From Histomonas meleagridis 2922-C6/04-290x (lineage: Eukaryota > Protista > Parabasalia): 64,000 nucleotides of DNA. A program made the position numbers and the translations under genes. Below, piece by piece: positions 47,014 to 59,124 of the stretch; positions within the stretch are counted from its first letter, which is position 1, and every line of letters begins with the position of its first letter. The DNA is taken from contig JAANOX010000256.1 of the NCBI GenBank assembly GCA_020184695.1, positions 1-64,000 of the forward strand. The letters are read 5' to 3'. The notes under the pieces were generated by a model, which was given only the letters and a program-made list of their open reading frames with translations, did no database searches and had not been told where the DNA came from.

Positions 47014-47024
47014 AGCGGTTTCAC
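47014..47024 (+). promoter_or_regulatory. M3 (Myb-element-like AGCGGTT) plus initiator TCAC core promoter
   Basis: AGCGGTTTCAC 6 nt upstream of ATG 47031; matches the described trichomonad M3 and Inr elements. Confidence 0.55.
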
Positions 47025-47030
47025 AAATAG

Positions 47031-47426
47031 ATGAGCTCGAAGAAAGAGAAAAAGGAAGAAGAAAAGAAGAAGAAGGAAGAAGAGAAACGATTGAAGGAAG
47101 AAGAGAAACGAGCCAAAGAAGAAAAGAAGAAAGAAGAAAAGAAAAATAAAGAACTTGAGAAGAAAGCCAAAGAAGATAAAAAGAAAGAAGAAAAAAAGAA
47201 CAAAGAAGACAAGAAAAACAAAGAAAAGAAAGAGAAGAAAGAAAGTAAAAAAAAGAAAGAAGATAAACCGAGTGCTAAAACCAAAAGTAAGAAAAATCAA
47301 AACGACGAAATTTTGAACAACTTTAATCGTTTACCTATTTGGGCACATGAAACACTCGAAAACACTGATGATCCATTTTTTGATGATTTCGGAGATGAAA
47401 TTACAGCGCCTTTACAAGGAAATTAA
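47031..47426 (+). CDS. Lys/Glu-rich 131-aa protein, copy 2 (identical)
   Basis: Identical translation to 45730-46125. Confidence 0.7.
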   Translation: MSSKKEKKEEEKKKKEEEKRLKEEEKRAKEEKKKEEKKNKELEKKAKEDKKKEEKKNKEDKKNKEKKEKKESKKKKEDKPSAKTKSKKNQNDEILNNFNRLPIWAHETLENTDDPFFDDFGDEITAPLQGN

Positions 47427-47548
47427 CTTTGGTTTTCTAAATAAGTTATAAATGTCATCCCTTTATTATTATTATTTGTTTTTCCATTTTGTTTATCCTG
47501 GTTCATGTTTTCACCTGACATCATGATCATGATCATTTAGTTTTTCTT

Positions 47549-48163
47549 TTAACAACAATCATCATTTAATTCTTCGTTTCTTTTTATAAAAGATTTCTTT
47601 CCTTTTATATCAACTGGGAGGATATTTGAAGTCATTGTAATATCCCCTTGAATAACTTTCTGATGAATTTTTGTGGTCAATCGAACAAATGCTTCATCAA
47701 CATTAATAGATTCTTTGGCTGATGTTTCTAAATACATAATATTATGTCTATTTGCAAATCCTAATGCATCATTTTCTGTTATTTGTCGTTTTTCATTCAT
47801 ATCAATTTTATTTCCAATTAAAAAAACAACTGCATTTGGAGAAGCAAGTGAATAAAAATCATTAACCCATTGTTCAAGATCATTGAATGATTGTTCATTG
47901 TCAATTGCAAATACCAGAACACCACCAACTGCATTTCGAAAATATGCTTTTGATATCGAGCGATATCGTTCTTGTCCTGCAGTATCCCATATACTTAATC
48001 TAATTGTTTCTTCTCCAATATCAATTGTTGTGGTTTTAAATTCAACTCCAACAGTACTTTGAAAATCATTTCCAAAATAATTATCAACAAAACGTTGAGC
48101 AATTGCTGTTTTTCCAACACCAGAGGATCCAATAAGAACAATCTTATATGTTTCCACTTTCAT
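47549..48163 (-). CDS. Rab-family small GTPase
   Basis: GSSGVGKT, STVGVEF, WDTAGQERYRS, NKID, ETSAK, C-terminal CC. Start placed at ATG 48163. Confidence 0.95.
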   Translation of the reverse strand: MKVETYKIVLIGSSGVGKTAIAQRFVDNYFGNDFQSTVGVEFKTTTIDIGEETIRLSIWDTAGQERYRSISKAYFRNAVGGVLVFAIDNEQSFNDLEQWVNDFYSLASPNAVVFLIGNKIDMNEKRQITENDALGFANRHNIMYLETSAKESINVDEAFVRLTTKIHQKVIQGDITMTSNILPVDIKGKKSFIKRNEELNDDCC

Positions 48164-48669
48164 GTGAATTAAAAAAAACTTTAAAGTTTTGGTTTTAAAA
48201 AAAATCATATTAAGAAAACTGAAATCAATTTATTTTCTTTTTGAATATCATTGCCTTATTAATGAAAGATTTAAAGAATTATTGAATGAGTTATAAGTTA
48301 AAAACATATAATGATATTAAAAAAATTGTTCCTTAAAGTTAAATATCTTGACATGGAGCATATGAATTGAATATTTTATTTTAAAGATCAACATAATTTC
48401 AACTATTATTAGACTTAATACCTTTAATTTTTAATTTAATAATGAAAACAAGAAGATATGAATTAATTCACAAAAAATCCAACATAACAAAATAAATTTA
48501 TATATAAAACGTATTGTATGTAAATCAAAAAAACATATAAAGCACATTGTTTTATATTTATTTTTGCATAAAACATATAAAAAAAATAGTAATTTAAATT
48601 ACGATTTTTATTTCATCATTAAACATCAAATTCAATTGGATTTTCCGCAATTTTCCACTTTTCAAAACT

Positions 48670-49614
48670 TTACTTTTTCTTTTTTTCCTCATTCCAATCC
48701 ACACATTTTATGCCGATTTGATTGCCCATTATCATCTGTGCGTTTCTTACGAATGTTTTTATATCTGATTTGCCATCTCTGTCCATAGATATTGACGGTA
48801 AAAATTTGAGTGTTACAAACGATGGCGGCATTGACAATAATCTCCAAGCGTAAGAAATCAAACTTTCGCTTCTTCTATACGCATACGTATTTATTCCGTG
48901 TGGAACGCCAAACATTGTGTAAACAATTGTAATCGGCTGAATTTTATACGGAGTAACAAATGCATCTTTGCTAAACTTCATAAGAACGTCGCCGCAGCCA
49001 TTACTAAAGTGTCCTTCAGGGAACAATAGGATTGGTGGACGTAGGTTATCATCAGCCGCATTACATATGAGTTTGATGCGATTTTGTTGACTTTTCTTGG
49101 AAATGTAAATCGGATTAAAGGGTTCAAGTAAGACTTTAAGAAGACGAATTTTGCGCAACTGTGCATTAAGAACAAATGTAAAGTCATGGTATATGAAAAG
49201 AATAAAAATGTCAAGAATACTAACATGATTTGATATCGTAAAACGTGATGGATCATCAAAATAACCATCAGTTTTTATGTAGAAAATTCCAAACCCAAAT
49301 AGCAAACATCGTGTGCCGAGGCGAGCAATGGAATAACAGAGTTGTTGCCATGTGTTGCTTGGAAGTTGAAAAACTTTGATGAATAATCTAATTAGTATAA
49401 GAACAGATGAAGTAAAAGTAAAAATTAGCATGTTAAAAACAAGCCTAATTGGTCCTAAGAACAATATAAAACAAAAAAATTGATATATGTATTTAAACGG
49501 AGTGTATTTAAAAGGTTTTGTTAAGTTTTGATATTCTTCCTCAGTTAGACTACTAAGCTCAAGTTGGTTTTGAAATTCTTTCGATCTGTTTGGAACTGAG
49601 GAAAGAAAAGACAT
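48670..49614 (-). CDS. Lysophospholipid acyltransferase (LPCAT/PlsC family)
   Basis: NHVSILD (HxxxxD), LFPEG, N-terminal TM helix. Confidence 0.88.
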   Translation of the reverse strand: MSFLSSVPNRSKEFQNQLELSSLTEEEYQNLTKPFKYTPFKYIYQFFCFILFLGPIRLVFNMLIFTFTSSVLILIRLFIKVFQLPSNTWQQLCYSIARLGTRCLLFGFGIFYIKTDGYFDDPSRFTISNHVSILDIFILFIYHDFTFVLNAQLRKIRLLKVLLEPFNPIYISKKSQQNRIKLICNAADDNLRPPILLFPEGHFSNGCGDVLMKFSKDAFVTPYKIQPITIVYTMFGVPHGINTYAYRRSESLISYAWRLLSMPPSFVTLKFLPSISMDRDGKSDIKTFVRNAQMIMGNQIGIKCVDWNEEKKKK

Positions 49615-50376
49615 ATAATTCAAACAGAGATACTTAATTTTATCATAACGGTCAAATCACTTCACAAAAATAACAAAAAAAATGTCGAAACCTCCTTTAC
49701 GATCACTTTGAAGGTAATGACTCGTGAAGTATATAATATAATGCTTGTAAAATTTCATAAGGAAAAAATGAAATCTGCTTAAATTCAATAATACATTGAA
49801 GGTTTGGTCAATTTTTTGAAGAAATGATTTCAAGCCAAAATAAGAATTAATATTATATTTCAGGTGCTATAAAGAATGCAAAAAGCAAATGATTTCATAA
49901 TTCATTTTTCTCACTATTTTATAAGCCAAGTAATTATTTATTTTAATTTCAGTATTAAGCTCTCGAAATGGCAAACTAATTTAATCCTTATAAGTAGCAT
50001 GTTAAACTAATTGTATTATAGGGACGAGAGTATGAGTATAAAAAGTGATTCCATCTCAGCAGGATATGGTTTGAAGCTTAATTTTGGTGAACAGGCTCAA
50101 GCATTCTTGATTCTGTTCACAAATGATCGTTATCTTCAGAAAAAATCTATCGTTTGGCGTCAATGGTTATATTTACGATAGAAAATTGAACACATAACTG
50201 CCAATGAAATTTTTTTTTAACATTTCCAAATTTCTACTATATTCATGACAACGAAAGCCTCAACTTATTTTTCACGTATCGGAAACATCGATCATAACAA
50301 TTCATTTTTAATGGCGCACATTAAATAATGAAATTTTCCTTAAAAAAAAAAATTTTACAAATAAAAATTATTTTAT

Positions 50377-52645
50377 TCAATCAGTTCCTTTTTCTAGTTC
50401 AATAATTCTTTTTTGATACATTTTCGGTGCTCGACAATTAATTTGATTATATGCCACTTTCCATAACCTTCTCAATTCTTTGTGTTCTTTTGCACTTTCC
50501 AGAGCAGCAATCACTGCATCAAATGACGCATCACCGATTTGGTGCTGCCACTTCTCCAAAACCTTTTTCGCAAGCTTTTCCCTCGTGCACACAACGCGTA
50601 TTGTGCTGGCAGCCAAGTTATCCCTTGAAGTTGCCTCGATTAATGTTTCGATAACTCTTTGTGATAGATCTGTACCTTCTTCTGCCATTTGTGCGATTGC
50701 TGCATAGATAGCAAACCTTAGCTGTTCATTATTAGATTGTAATCCCCTAATAAGAATGCTTGTGGCTATGTTACGAGTTTGTTTCATCCCAATTAAACAT
50801 CGAAGCGCCGATACAGAAATTGAATCATCTTCGACGGTTAACGATAGAATACAACGTGCAGTAACCGCACTAACGTACTCCGGCTTGACATTTGTACGAG
50901 ACAAGATTTCTAAAGCTAATTGAGCTTGAATACTTTTGAACGCACATATAAGGGCTTCTTCAGATTCGTTGTTACGACATGCAGAAACTATTAAATCAGT
51001 ATCAATAAGATCATTACCTGTAGGTATTAATTGAAGAAATTGTAATATAACTTCTCGTGGAACTGACGTCATATGAAGTTTGATACGCCTCACATAACAG
51101 ATGTTTTAAAATACCAGATCCTCCGCTTTGAATACTAGCTTGTGGAATCAAGAGACGAGTGCGTTTCAAGGAAGTTCCAACACTTTTGGATGTGTTCATG
51201 TGGAATGGTCTCATTATAGATAATGTTGACAAACTCATCAAGTGAAGAATCTTCGAAATTATTACGGTTAATAAACTCATCAATCTCATGTGTTTCTTTG
51301 GCATCCTCAGAAAGGGAGACTTCTATGTAATTCATAAATATTTTCATATCTGTTCCTGGATAATATACTTCTCCGGATTTAAAGAGCTTAAGAATGTCTT
51401 CAAATGTTGGACGTACTGTTGGGTTACGGTCCCAACAAGATCTAATAAGGTTGAAGAGACCTGGATCGCAATCAGTATCAACAAGTTTAGGTCTGATATC
51501 ATTATGAGCTACTTGATTGATATCCAATGAGGTGTGCCAACATTTTTCGTCATTATTGCCTTTTTCTCGAGTTTTCGAGAAAATCCAAAGTCGCATATTT
51601 TGGCATGCTTTTGATCGTCAAGGAGAACGTTAAGAGATTTCAAGTCGCGGTGAACTATTTGCTTGGAGTGGAGGAAATTCATCCCTCTGGCGATGTCGAA
51701 TGCACAAATGGATAAGTCGGTGTTATTGAGCTTGTGGTAGTTGTGGAGTTCATGATAAAGATTACCTCCTGACATCCATTCGGTGACAATTCGATATGGA
51801 GGATATTCAGTTGCACCAAAAAATTTGAGAAGAGTAGGATGAACAGCCGTGGCAAGGACAGTGATTTCTCGTTGGTAACCACGGAATCGAAGTCCTGTTA
51901 ATTTAGCATATTTCAGTTTCTTGATGGCAACTTTTTGTTTGGTTGATTTAATAATACCAAAATAAACATTGGCAGAAACTCCACTACCAATGATTTTCTT
52001 TTCTTCGAGATCATTGGGATCAATAATCCATGTGGAATAATTGATTGGAATTGGTGAAAAAATTCGGGACGTGGTTGGATTGACTTGCTCATTTTGATAT
52101 TCCTTACAGAAGTTTTGAATGCTTAAAAGTCTTGAGTTGATTGCTTGATATGCTTTAGATCCAATGTCTTTCCCATGCTTTTTGAGATAAGCTTGAAATG
52201 ATATTTCAACAGCATGCAAGTCGAGCAAGTGGAATTGAAGCCAGTTAGGATTACCAGCATCAAAAATTTGTGAATCTTCAGGATCAATTATCTGTGCAGC
52301 TTCATGTAATTTTTGCGTGATTTCACACATTTCTGAAGCAGTGTTTGTTGATGAATTATTTACTGCTGTGTGAGCCCAACAATGAGCCATGTTTTGACTG
52401 ATAAGAGGCTTATAACGATTTGTTAGATCATTAAATTTTTTCATAGCAAGCAATTCATTTTGGGTTATGGATTTCTTCACGTTTGCAAAGCGTTCAGTAA
52501 AGGCATTTGAAAAAGCGCGAAATTGAGATGCTGCATACATAAACTTTTTTTTGTGTGCGATTGCGTTGGACACTAGCATTTCAAGGTCACGTGCCATATT
52601 TTGTAGCTCATTGGAACAATCTTGGTAAGTCCAACTCAAGTTCAT
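50377..52645 (-). pseudogene. TKL-family protein kinase (helical N-domain + kinase + ARM-like C-terminus), disrupted
   Basis: IGSGVSA, VAIKK, HRDLKSLN, DFG, GTPHW, then a jump straight to ..QVAHNDIRP..CWDRNPTVRPTF: subdomains VIII-IX are missing. Additional stop/frameshifts near 51090-51140. Confidence 0.8.
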
Positions 52646-54239
52646 GCAGCGCTTATTTTTTTATATTCATTCAAAAATTCTGATGTTTATAGTGATGGAG
52701 ATTTAATTTGAACGGTGGGAGCTTGAAAACCCACTTTTTGAATTATTTATTTTGACAAAAAGTGATCTGATAAATGGGGTCATTCAACTTTTTGAGGTAA
52801 GCTTCACCTTCTGGTTGACCTGTTATTAGCGAAACAATATTACAAAAAATATTGTTCAAGAATAATCTTTTCTCATAAGGAATACAATATAAACCAAAAA
52901 GGGACAATATACTTATCTTATTAACTTCTCGGATGAATCACAAAATTTCATGTTAGTTTCACTTTTGTGTACGGTTTTTATCGTATTTATATTCAAAATC
53001 GATTTGATTAATTTCTCAATTAGAGCTGGCGAGCAAAAATTCAGATTTATACAAGGAAATGTTTTTTAGCAAAATGGAATTTTCCAATAGAACTGGCTAT
53101 ACCCGAACCTAGATTTCTTAATCAGATAAGTGAGAAAAAAATCAAATCAATGAATTTTTATATTTAAAAACACAGTATTTATGAAGAAATATATATAAGT
53201 AATGAAACTCCATCGGAATTATGAAATTGTCTTCTTCCATGATTGAGATATTTCAATCAAAAAAAAAAGTTAACGTGCATTATGCCGATCAACGCGCATT
53301 CAAAAAGTAAAAGAAAACATTATCGAAACGAAATTGCTCGAAAGAACTGAGAAATCATGACAAGGATCTCAAAAATCAATGTTTGATTCAAAGTTCATTT
53401 AAAAAATAAAATTTTAAATCAATTTTTTTTTCTTATGAAACAATTATGAACTTGAGTGGTATGAGATTTTTTTATGCTAATTAGCTTGTTTTATTCATTA
53501 AAATGAAATCTATGGAAAAGCTGAGCAAAAAAGAATTCACAATTTCAAAAGTAAGACGAACTTATATTTAAATTATTTCTGATTTCGGTTTTTATAAATC
53601 ATAAAAAAAAATTGATTATCAATGGTGTCCTTCCTATCAAAATTGGAACATGGACAGTAGTGACTGTAAATTTGCTGTATTATATATTTATTTTCTCTCT
53701 CTTAATTGTTTGGCGTTCATTTTTTTATTTTCTTTCCTGAATGTTAACCGCTTTCAACGCACTTTTTAAAGGCAGAACGTTTTTAATTTCAACAACAAAT
53801 TTTTCTGACACCACTGAAATATCGTGAGCCATAGAAAAAATAATATGAAAGTATCTTCGGAAAAAATTAATTTTTCTCTATATATCTTCAATTTTAAAAC
53901 TGCCGTGTATCTTTTAATGTTATTTTATTTCGTTAACTATAAATAAAAAAACTTATAATTGAGATTTTCGTGTCGAGACATAAATTCATTTCGTTTCATG
54001 AAACTTTTTCAATTTCAACGTCTTCCCTGGAATTCGGTTTGATAATATAAATATCTCAAAGAATTCGTAGAATAAGACAATACTTTCTCGAAATAAAATT
54101 AAACATTGTATGTTAATTATGATTTTGCAATTATTTCTCTTAATAATTTCAAAGTGTCGAAATAATCCTGTTTTGTTTAATTGCAGAATGAACGATAAAC
54201 CTGAATATCAAAAAGGTCGTTTCTCACACCCAAGCCCCA

Positions 54240-55280
54240 ATGGAAAATTCTTCACCGCTTCTCGATATTGCATTATCATATGTAAAGCAAGTCGCGCCCC
54301 ATATACTCGACAATCCAGAAGCGAGAGAAGAAATAACTAACGTTTTTAATAAATTCTTATCAAACTCTATTTCAAGGGAGGAAGTTAATGAAGTTGTCCG
54401 AAGGTACACTGGATCTTCACAACCACTAGAAAGAATTGAGACAATCTTAAATACTCCTGATACTCCACTAAGCTCAAATACACCTTTATGTTTTGATCCA
54501 ATTTCTTCTCTTCGCAAGAAAACAAGACCATGGTCACAGATAGAAGACATTCGCCTTCTCGCAGGCATTCACAAATTCGGTGTTGAAAATTGGGCTTCTA
54601 TTGCCAAATTTATTGGAAATGGCAGAACAAGAGCCCAATGTTCACAGAGATGGTGTCGATGTCTCGATCCTAAAATCTCTAAGGATCAATGGACGGATGA
54701 AGAAGAAGAAAAATTGATAAATCTAATCAAAAATAATCAAAATCGCGGGTGGACCTCTATTGCATCTTTAATGGTTCATAGAAGTGACGTTCAATGCAGA
54801 TATCACTTTTTGCAAATGCAACGAGATGGAAAAATATCAAAAGAAATTGCAGAACTCATTCCAGAACGCCAACAGCGGTCAATCCCAGCGCCACCAAATC
54901 GCAGCCAACAATCTCTTGGCAGTAATTTGGGTATTGGTTTCAATCTCGGAAATGCACCGTTAACAAAATCACAACCATCTTTCCAACTTCAGAGTGCCCC
55001 GCAACCACAACAGTACAGCCCAATATCTCCTTACACATTACAAGCAAAAAATCTCCCACAAAAGAGAAGAACAAATTCGCAAGCTGCTATTGACTTCCAG
55101 CAAGCATTCAGCCCGAATGTGTTGGGAAGCTTCAATTCAGACGATCATTCTGTGCCTCAGCCACCAAAATTAACGCCTTCATTTTTCGAAGATTTGAATA
55201 CGAATAATCCATTCGAACAAAATAGCGATTTTGATGAATTCTCTAAAGAGTTCGACTCTTTTTCGATGCAGATGTGGTAA
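54240..55280 (+). CDS. R2R3 Myb-like transcription factor
   Basis: WSQIEDIRLL..FGVENWASIA..RTRAQCSQRW..LDPKI and WTDEEEEKLI..WTSIA..RSDVQCRYHF. Confidence 0.93.
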   Translation: MENSSPLLDIALSYVKQVAPHILDNPEAREEITNVFNKFLSNSISREEVNEVVRRYTGSSQPLERIETILNTPDTPLSSNTPLCFDPISSLRKKTRPWSQIEDIRLLAGIHKFGVENWASIAKFIGNGRTRAQCSQRWCRCLDPKISKDQWTDEEEEKLINLIKNNQNRGWTSIASLMVHRSDVQCRYHFLQMQRDGKISKEIAELIPERQQRSIPAPPNRSQQSLGSNLGIGFNLGNAPLTKSQPSFQLQSAPQPQQYSPISPYTLQAKNLPQKRRTNSQAAIDFQQAFSPNVLGSFNSDDHSVPQPPKLTPSFFEDLNTNNPFEQNSDFDEFSKEFDSFSMQMW

Positions 55281-55768
55281 TAAGATAAAAATATTGTGTT
55301 GTCGCAAATCTACAAATAATTAGTAAAAGGAAATGTTTTTCTGATTTTTATGTTTTTGTATACTTTGGCCCAAGGTGATTTAAAGACATGTTTTCATTGC
55401 AAATGATTCAAATAGTTTTTGATGTTGTCCCATTTTTCAGTTAATTAAAGTTTTGCGACGATAGAGTTGAATGAATTAAGAATCATCGTATTTATATTCA
55501 AAAACTGGATTATCTCACCATTTTATTTCTTGATTCATATATTTGGATTATTCATATTATTCATATTATTATTTTCATCTCCGGCACTACTAGATGATAA
55601 ATCATCCTCGAATAAAACATCTCACATTGATGACATCTTTTATATTTAGGTTCTAACCTACAATGTTTGAAGTATAATATTTCATTCATCGTAGAACATA
55701 TCTTGATACAAAACAGACAAAAATCTTTGCTTAAGAAAGATGATGTAGATTATCGTTTACTAAGTAAA

Positions 55769-56002
55769 CTAGACTTTGCTACCGCAAAAATCGCAGCAGT
55801 TAACCTTGTGCTTGCTAGAGCAACGGCTGCAAAGTCTTCCCATTGTTGAGTTTCCTCTTGTCTTTCCACAAACTGGACATTTCATCCCAAGTTTTCTTGA
55901 ATTACGGCAATCCTTGCATGCTTTTACACCATTATGTGAAGCACCTGAAGCACCACAAACTGCACACTTTGATGCACAACCTTGGCAAACTGATACAGAC
56001 AT
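55769..56002 (-). CDS. Small PHF5/Rds3-like zinc-binding protein (six CxxC pairs)
   Basis: CxxC at 6/9, 13/16, 29/32, 42/45, 58/61 and 70/73; spacing and GRLCxxC resemble PHF5A; Inr TCACTT just upstream of the ATG. Confidence 0.65.
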   Translation of the reverse strand: MSVSVCQGCASKCAVCGASGASHNGVKACKDCRNSRKLGMKCPVCGKTRGNSTMGRLCSRCSSKHKVNCCDFCGSKV

Positions 56003-57552
56003 AAGTGAAGTGATTTTTTATTGTCAATTTTTTCAGGAGAAAATTGAGAAGAAAGGCATTTTTTTCTATTTGTTTTAAAATTTCTGCCATTAAACTCAAA
56101 AAATTCAAATAAATGCCAACCCATAAAAAAATTTCGTGATCGTAGTAAAAAAATCCATAGACTTCTCTTGAGAAAATGTTTGTTTATTTATAAGCCTCTG
56201 ATTTTGAAACTGAAAATAGTGTCAAAACTTGTATGGATATGTTGATAAGATAATAAAAATTTGGATTTTGTTTTCTTTGTGATTTTGAAACTTTATTTTT
56301 GGAACAACTCACAAATTTAAATATTAGATAGGGGAAATTTTATGGAAATTTTATGTTTAAATTTTCTTTTGTAAAGAGGTATATTTTTTGTAATATGCAA
56401 TAATTTTTGAAGAGCTGAATGTTCACATTCGTATCGTTAGTAATGAAAAATTTACCAATATATGTAACCATTTGGAATAATTCAACATTCACTTTAAAAC
56501 ACATATAATGAAAGTTTGTAAATTTTTCAAATATTTTCATATAGATTGAGTGTACCAACGTTCATTCCTGTTGGAAATAACCAACTACTGATAGATTTAG
56601 TTGGGATCTGATCTTTAAAGAAAAAGATGTTGAAAGACAAATAGTTTAAATCAATTGCAATAGCAAATGCTCAAAATATGAATTAAAATAACTATAAAGC
56701 AAAAGTATATTGTTAAAGTATATCAACATTCTGGTTAACGAAGAACAGCTAATAAAATTTTTTAAACAATGAAAAAAATTCTGGAATTGGATTTCAATAT
56801 TTCTAAAAATAATATCCTACTGGCGATTGGATTATATACTGCTGTTATTAAATATATTTTTATATTTCAAGATTAAAAGCAAACCTGTTTCTTGTAAATT
56901 TTTAAAAGATAATACATATTTATCAAGAATAAAAGTACAATAATGTACTCGAAGGAAATATTAAAATTGAGGAAACTCAAAAAAATCAATGAGGTGAGTG
57001 CAAATATTATTTCGTTACATATACTTTAAGTAAACAAATCTCGAAATAATTCATTCATTGAAGGACTATTTTATGCAATTCAATTCCACATAAATGATAT
57101 ATTTCATTCATTTTTATGAAAATAATCCATATCAAATTTAGAATGATTAAAATATTTCGGAGTGAATTATGTGGATAAAAAGAGTTAAAAATGTAATATT
57201 GGCGATAATGATATTTGTAAAAGAAGTGTTTCTTGATGAAATTTTTATTTGATGACTGTGTCCTAGTAAACAAAGTAAAATCATCTTTAAGATGCATTAC
57301 AAAACACAAAAATTTACAAAATGATCAAAAGGAAATCATCACAACGAATGTCATATATACCTATAATTGAGCGCTCTTTCTCATAAGGACTGAATTCTTA
57401 TCTTCATTTAAATTTTAGCTTTGTTTGGTTTACTTCTCATTTTCTTTCGAATGTTATCTTCAAGTACCACTCACATTACTATATTAATAAATATTCATAT
57501 CAAACCATAAAAAAGTTAAAAAGCATAAATTCGTTACTAGAATTATGATCAT

Positions 57553-58167
57553 TTAGTAAAATTGATTGTAATTTGTTGATTGCGGAGTACTTTGTTCATA
57601 TAATTGTACAGTATTATCGAGTGGTTGTGTTGGTTCTTCTTCTTCTGGTACACCATAGTCTGTATTTATTAAATATACCAATAATACAAAATGGGTTAAA
57701 ATATAATATGACAATATGGCTGAACTCATTGCATTAGCATTGAAGCATCCGTTACTAAGCTTTTCAGTGGGTGAGAAATATGGAACCAATTCGTAACATT
57801 TGTCAACTGATCCATCAAACACAAAAATAAGTAGTGCAATGATCGGACCTAGACTAAAGAATGCAGTGAGCCATACGAATACTTTGATGGCTATTCTTTT
57901 ACTGCAGCAGTTGCAGCATAAAAATATGAAAGTTAATGATGCAAAGAATAATTCAATTGGTACGGTGCTTAATAAGGTAACCGGGAAATAATCCAAGTCT
58001 AAACTATGGTAATCATCACTATCATATGAATAAAAATATGTTTGTTCGTAGAGCAACATTATTGATAAAGCAAGTGACCAAACCAATCCTCCAAAGTAAA
58101 GTAACACCAAAAACGCTCTTATAATGGTTGACCTTTTACATTTGTATGATATATTATCATCATTCAT
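57553..58167 (-). CDS. Hypothetical four-TM membrane protein
   Basis: Four hydrophobic segments, CCNCC cluster, acidic tail. Confidence 0.7.
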   Translation of the reverse strand: MNDDNISYKCKRSTIIRAFLVLLYFGGLVWSLALSIMLLYEQTYFYSYDSDDYHSLDLDYFPVTLLSTVPIELFFASLTFIFLCCNCCSKRIAIKVFVWLTAFFSLGPIIALLIFVFDGSVDKCYELVPYFSPTEKLSNGCFNANAMSSAILSYYILTHFVLLVYLINTDYGVPEEEEPTQPLDNTVQLYEQSTPQSTNYNQFY

Positions 58168-59124
58168 GTCGCAATGGTGTTGATTGGACGGTTTTCATTT
58201 GAACGAAGAATGACGGTTAATGTATTTTGACTAGTTTACAATATACCAAAATTTCTTATCGTGCAATTCAATTGGGTTTACATTCAAAAGTGCTACTGAT
58301 TTTTTGAAGAACAAAAATCAACCAAATGATATTCTGGTGTTTTTATAATAATCATATTTACTGAAAAGAAAATGATGTCTCAAAAATTATGTTTACAATG
58401 CGTCTCAATTATGAATTAAAATAGAAAAATAGAAATAAGTTAAAACACGTTAACCTTGATCACATATTTGCATAACAAAATGGACAAAGTTTAAGAGCAA
58501 ATGTATGCATAGCTAGTTAAAAGTATTTTCTGGTTGGTAATACTTTTATAATTATAATTGATTCCATCTTCTATGTTTAGTAGTGAATACTTTGAGATCA
58601 CCAAAACAATACATTGAATAGCTTATGTATAAATAATTATACTACTATAAACAATTTTTTTATATATTTAAAAATTAAAAAAAAATCAAAATAATATTGA
58701 TTTGATTTATAAATCCAAACGCAAAACATGAATCAACACAAACATATGAAAACAGTTAACTTATAACATTAAAGAGAAAAATCAAATCAAATAAATCGAG
58801 ACATATCACAATACAGTAATATGGCTGAAAAAAATGTATTATTCTTGATTTACATGCACGATAGGTGTCAAATATATAACGTCCTCCAACTACCACTACT
58901 AACTTTTTCAGTGAAAATCAACTTTTTAATAATATGTTATAACATATTTGAACGTGCCTTGTAATAATCATAAAATTGAGAGGCATTGACTTTTAGCGAC
59001 CGTTTAGAAATTGACAGAGTCGTATCATTAGCACTCAAAAATTCTTTCATAGTTTAGTTCAATTGACTGTAACATTCAAATTTTGAACGATTATTGAAAC
59101 AATTGTCAGTTTGCCAACATTAAA

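Larger units (their letters stand above)
45650..47506. repeat. Perfect inverted repeat: 503-bp arms 45650-46152 and 47004-47506, 851-bp spacer
   Basis: Arms are reverse complements, with identical 131-aa ORFs in the track and matching flanks ending at ATGAACCAGG/CCTGGTTCAT and GGAAATAATT/AATTATTTCC. Confidence 0.95.

Noticed and set aside
45856-47300. Phe/Leu-rich membrane-like ORFs (45856-46161, 45872-46135, 46956-47300, 47021-47284)
   Set aside because: Antisense shadows of the purine-rich KE-coding sequence.
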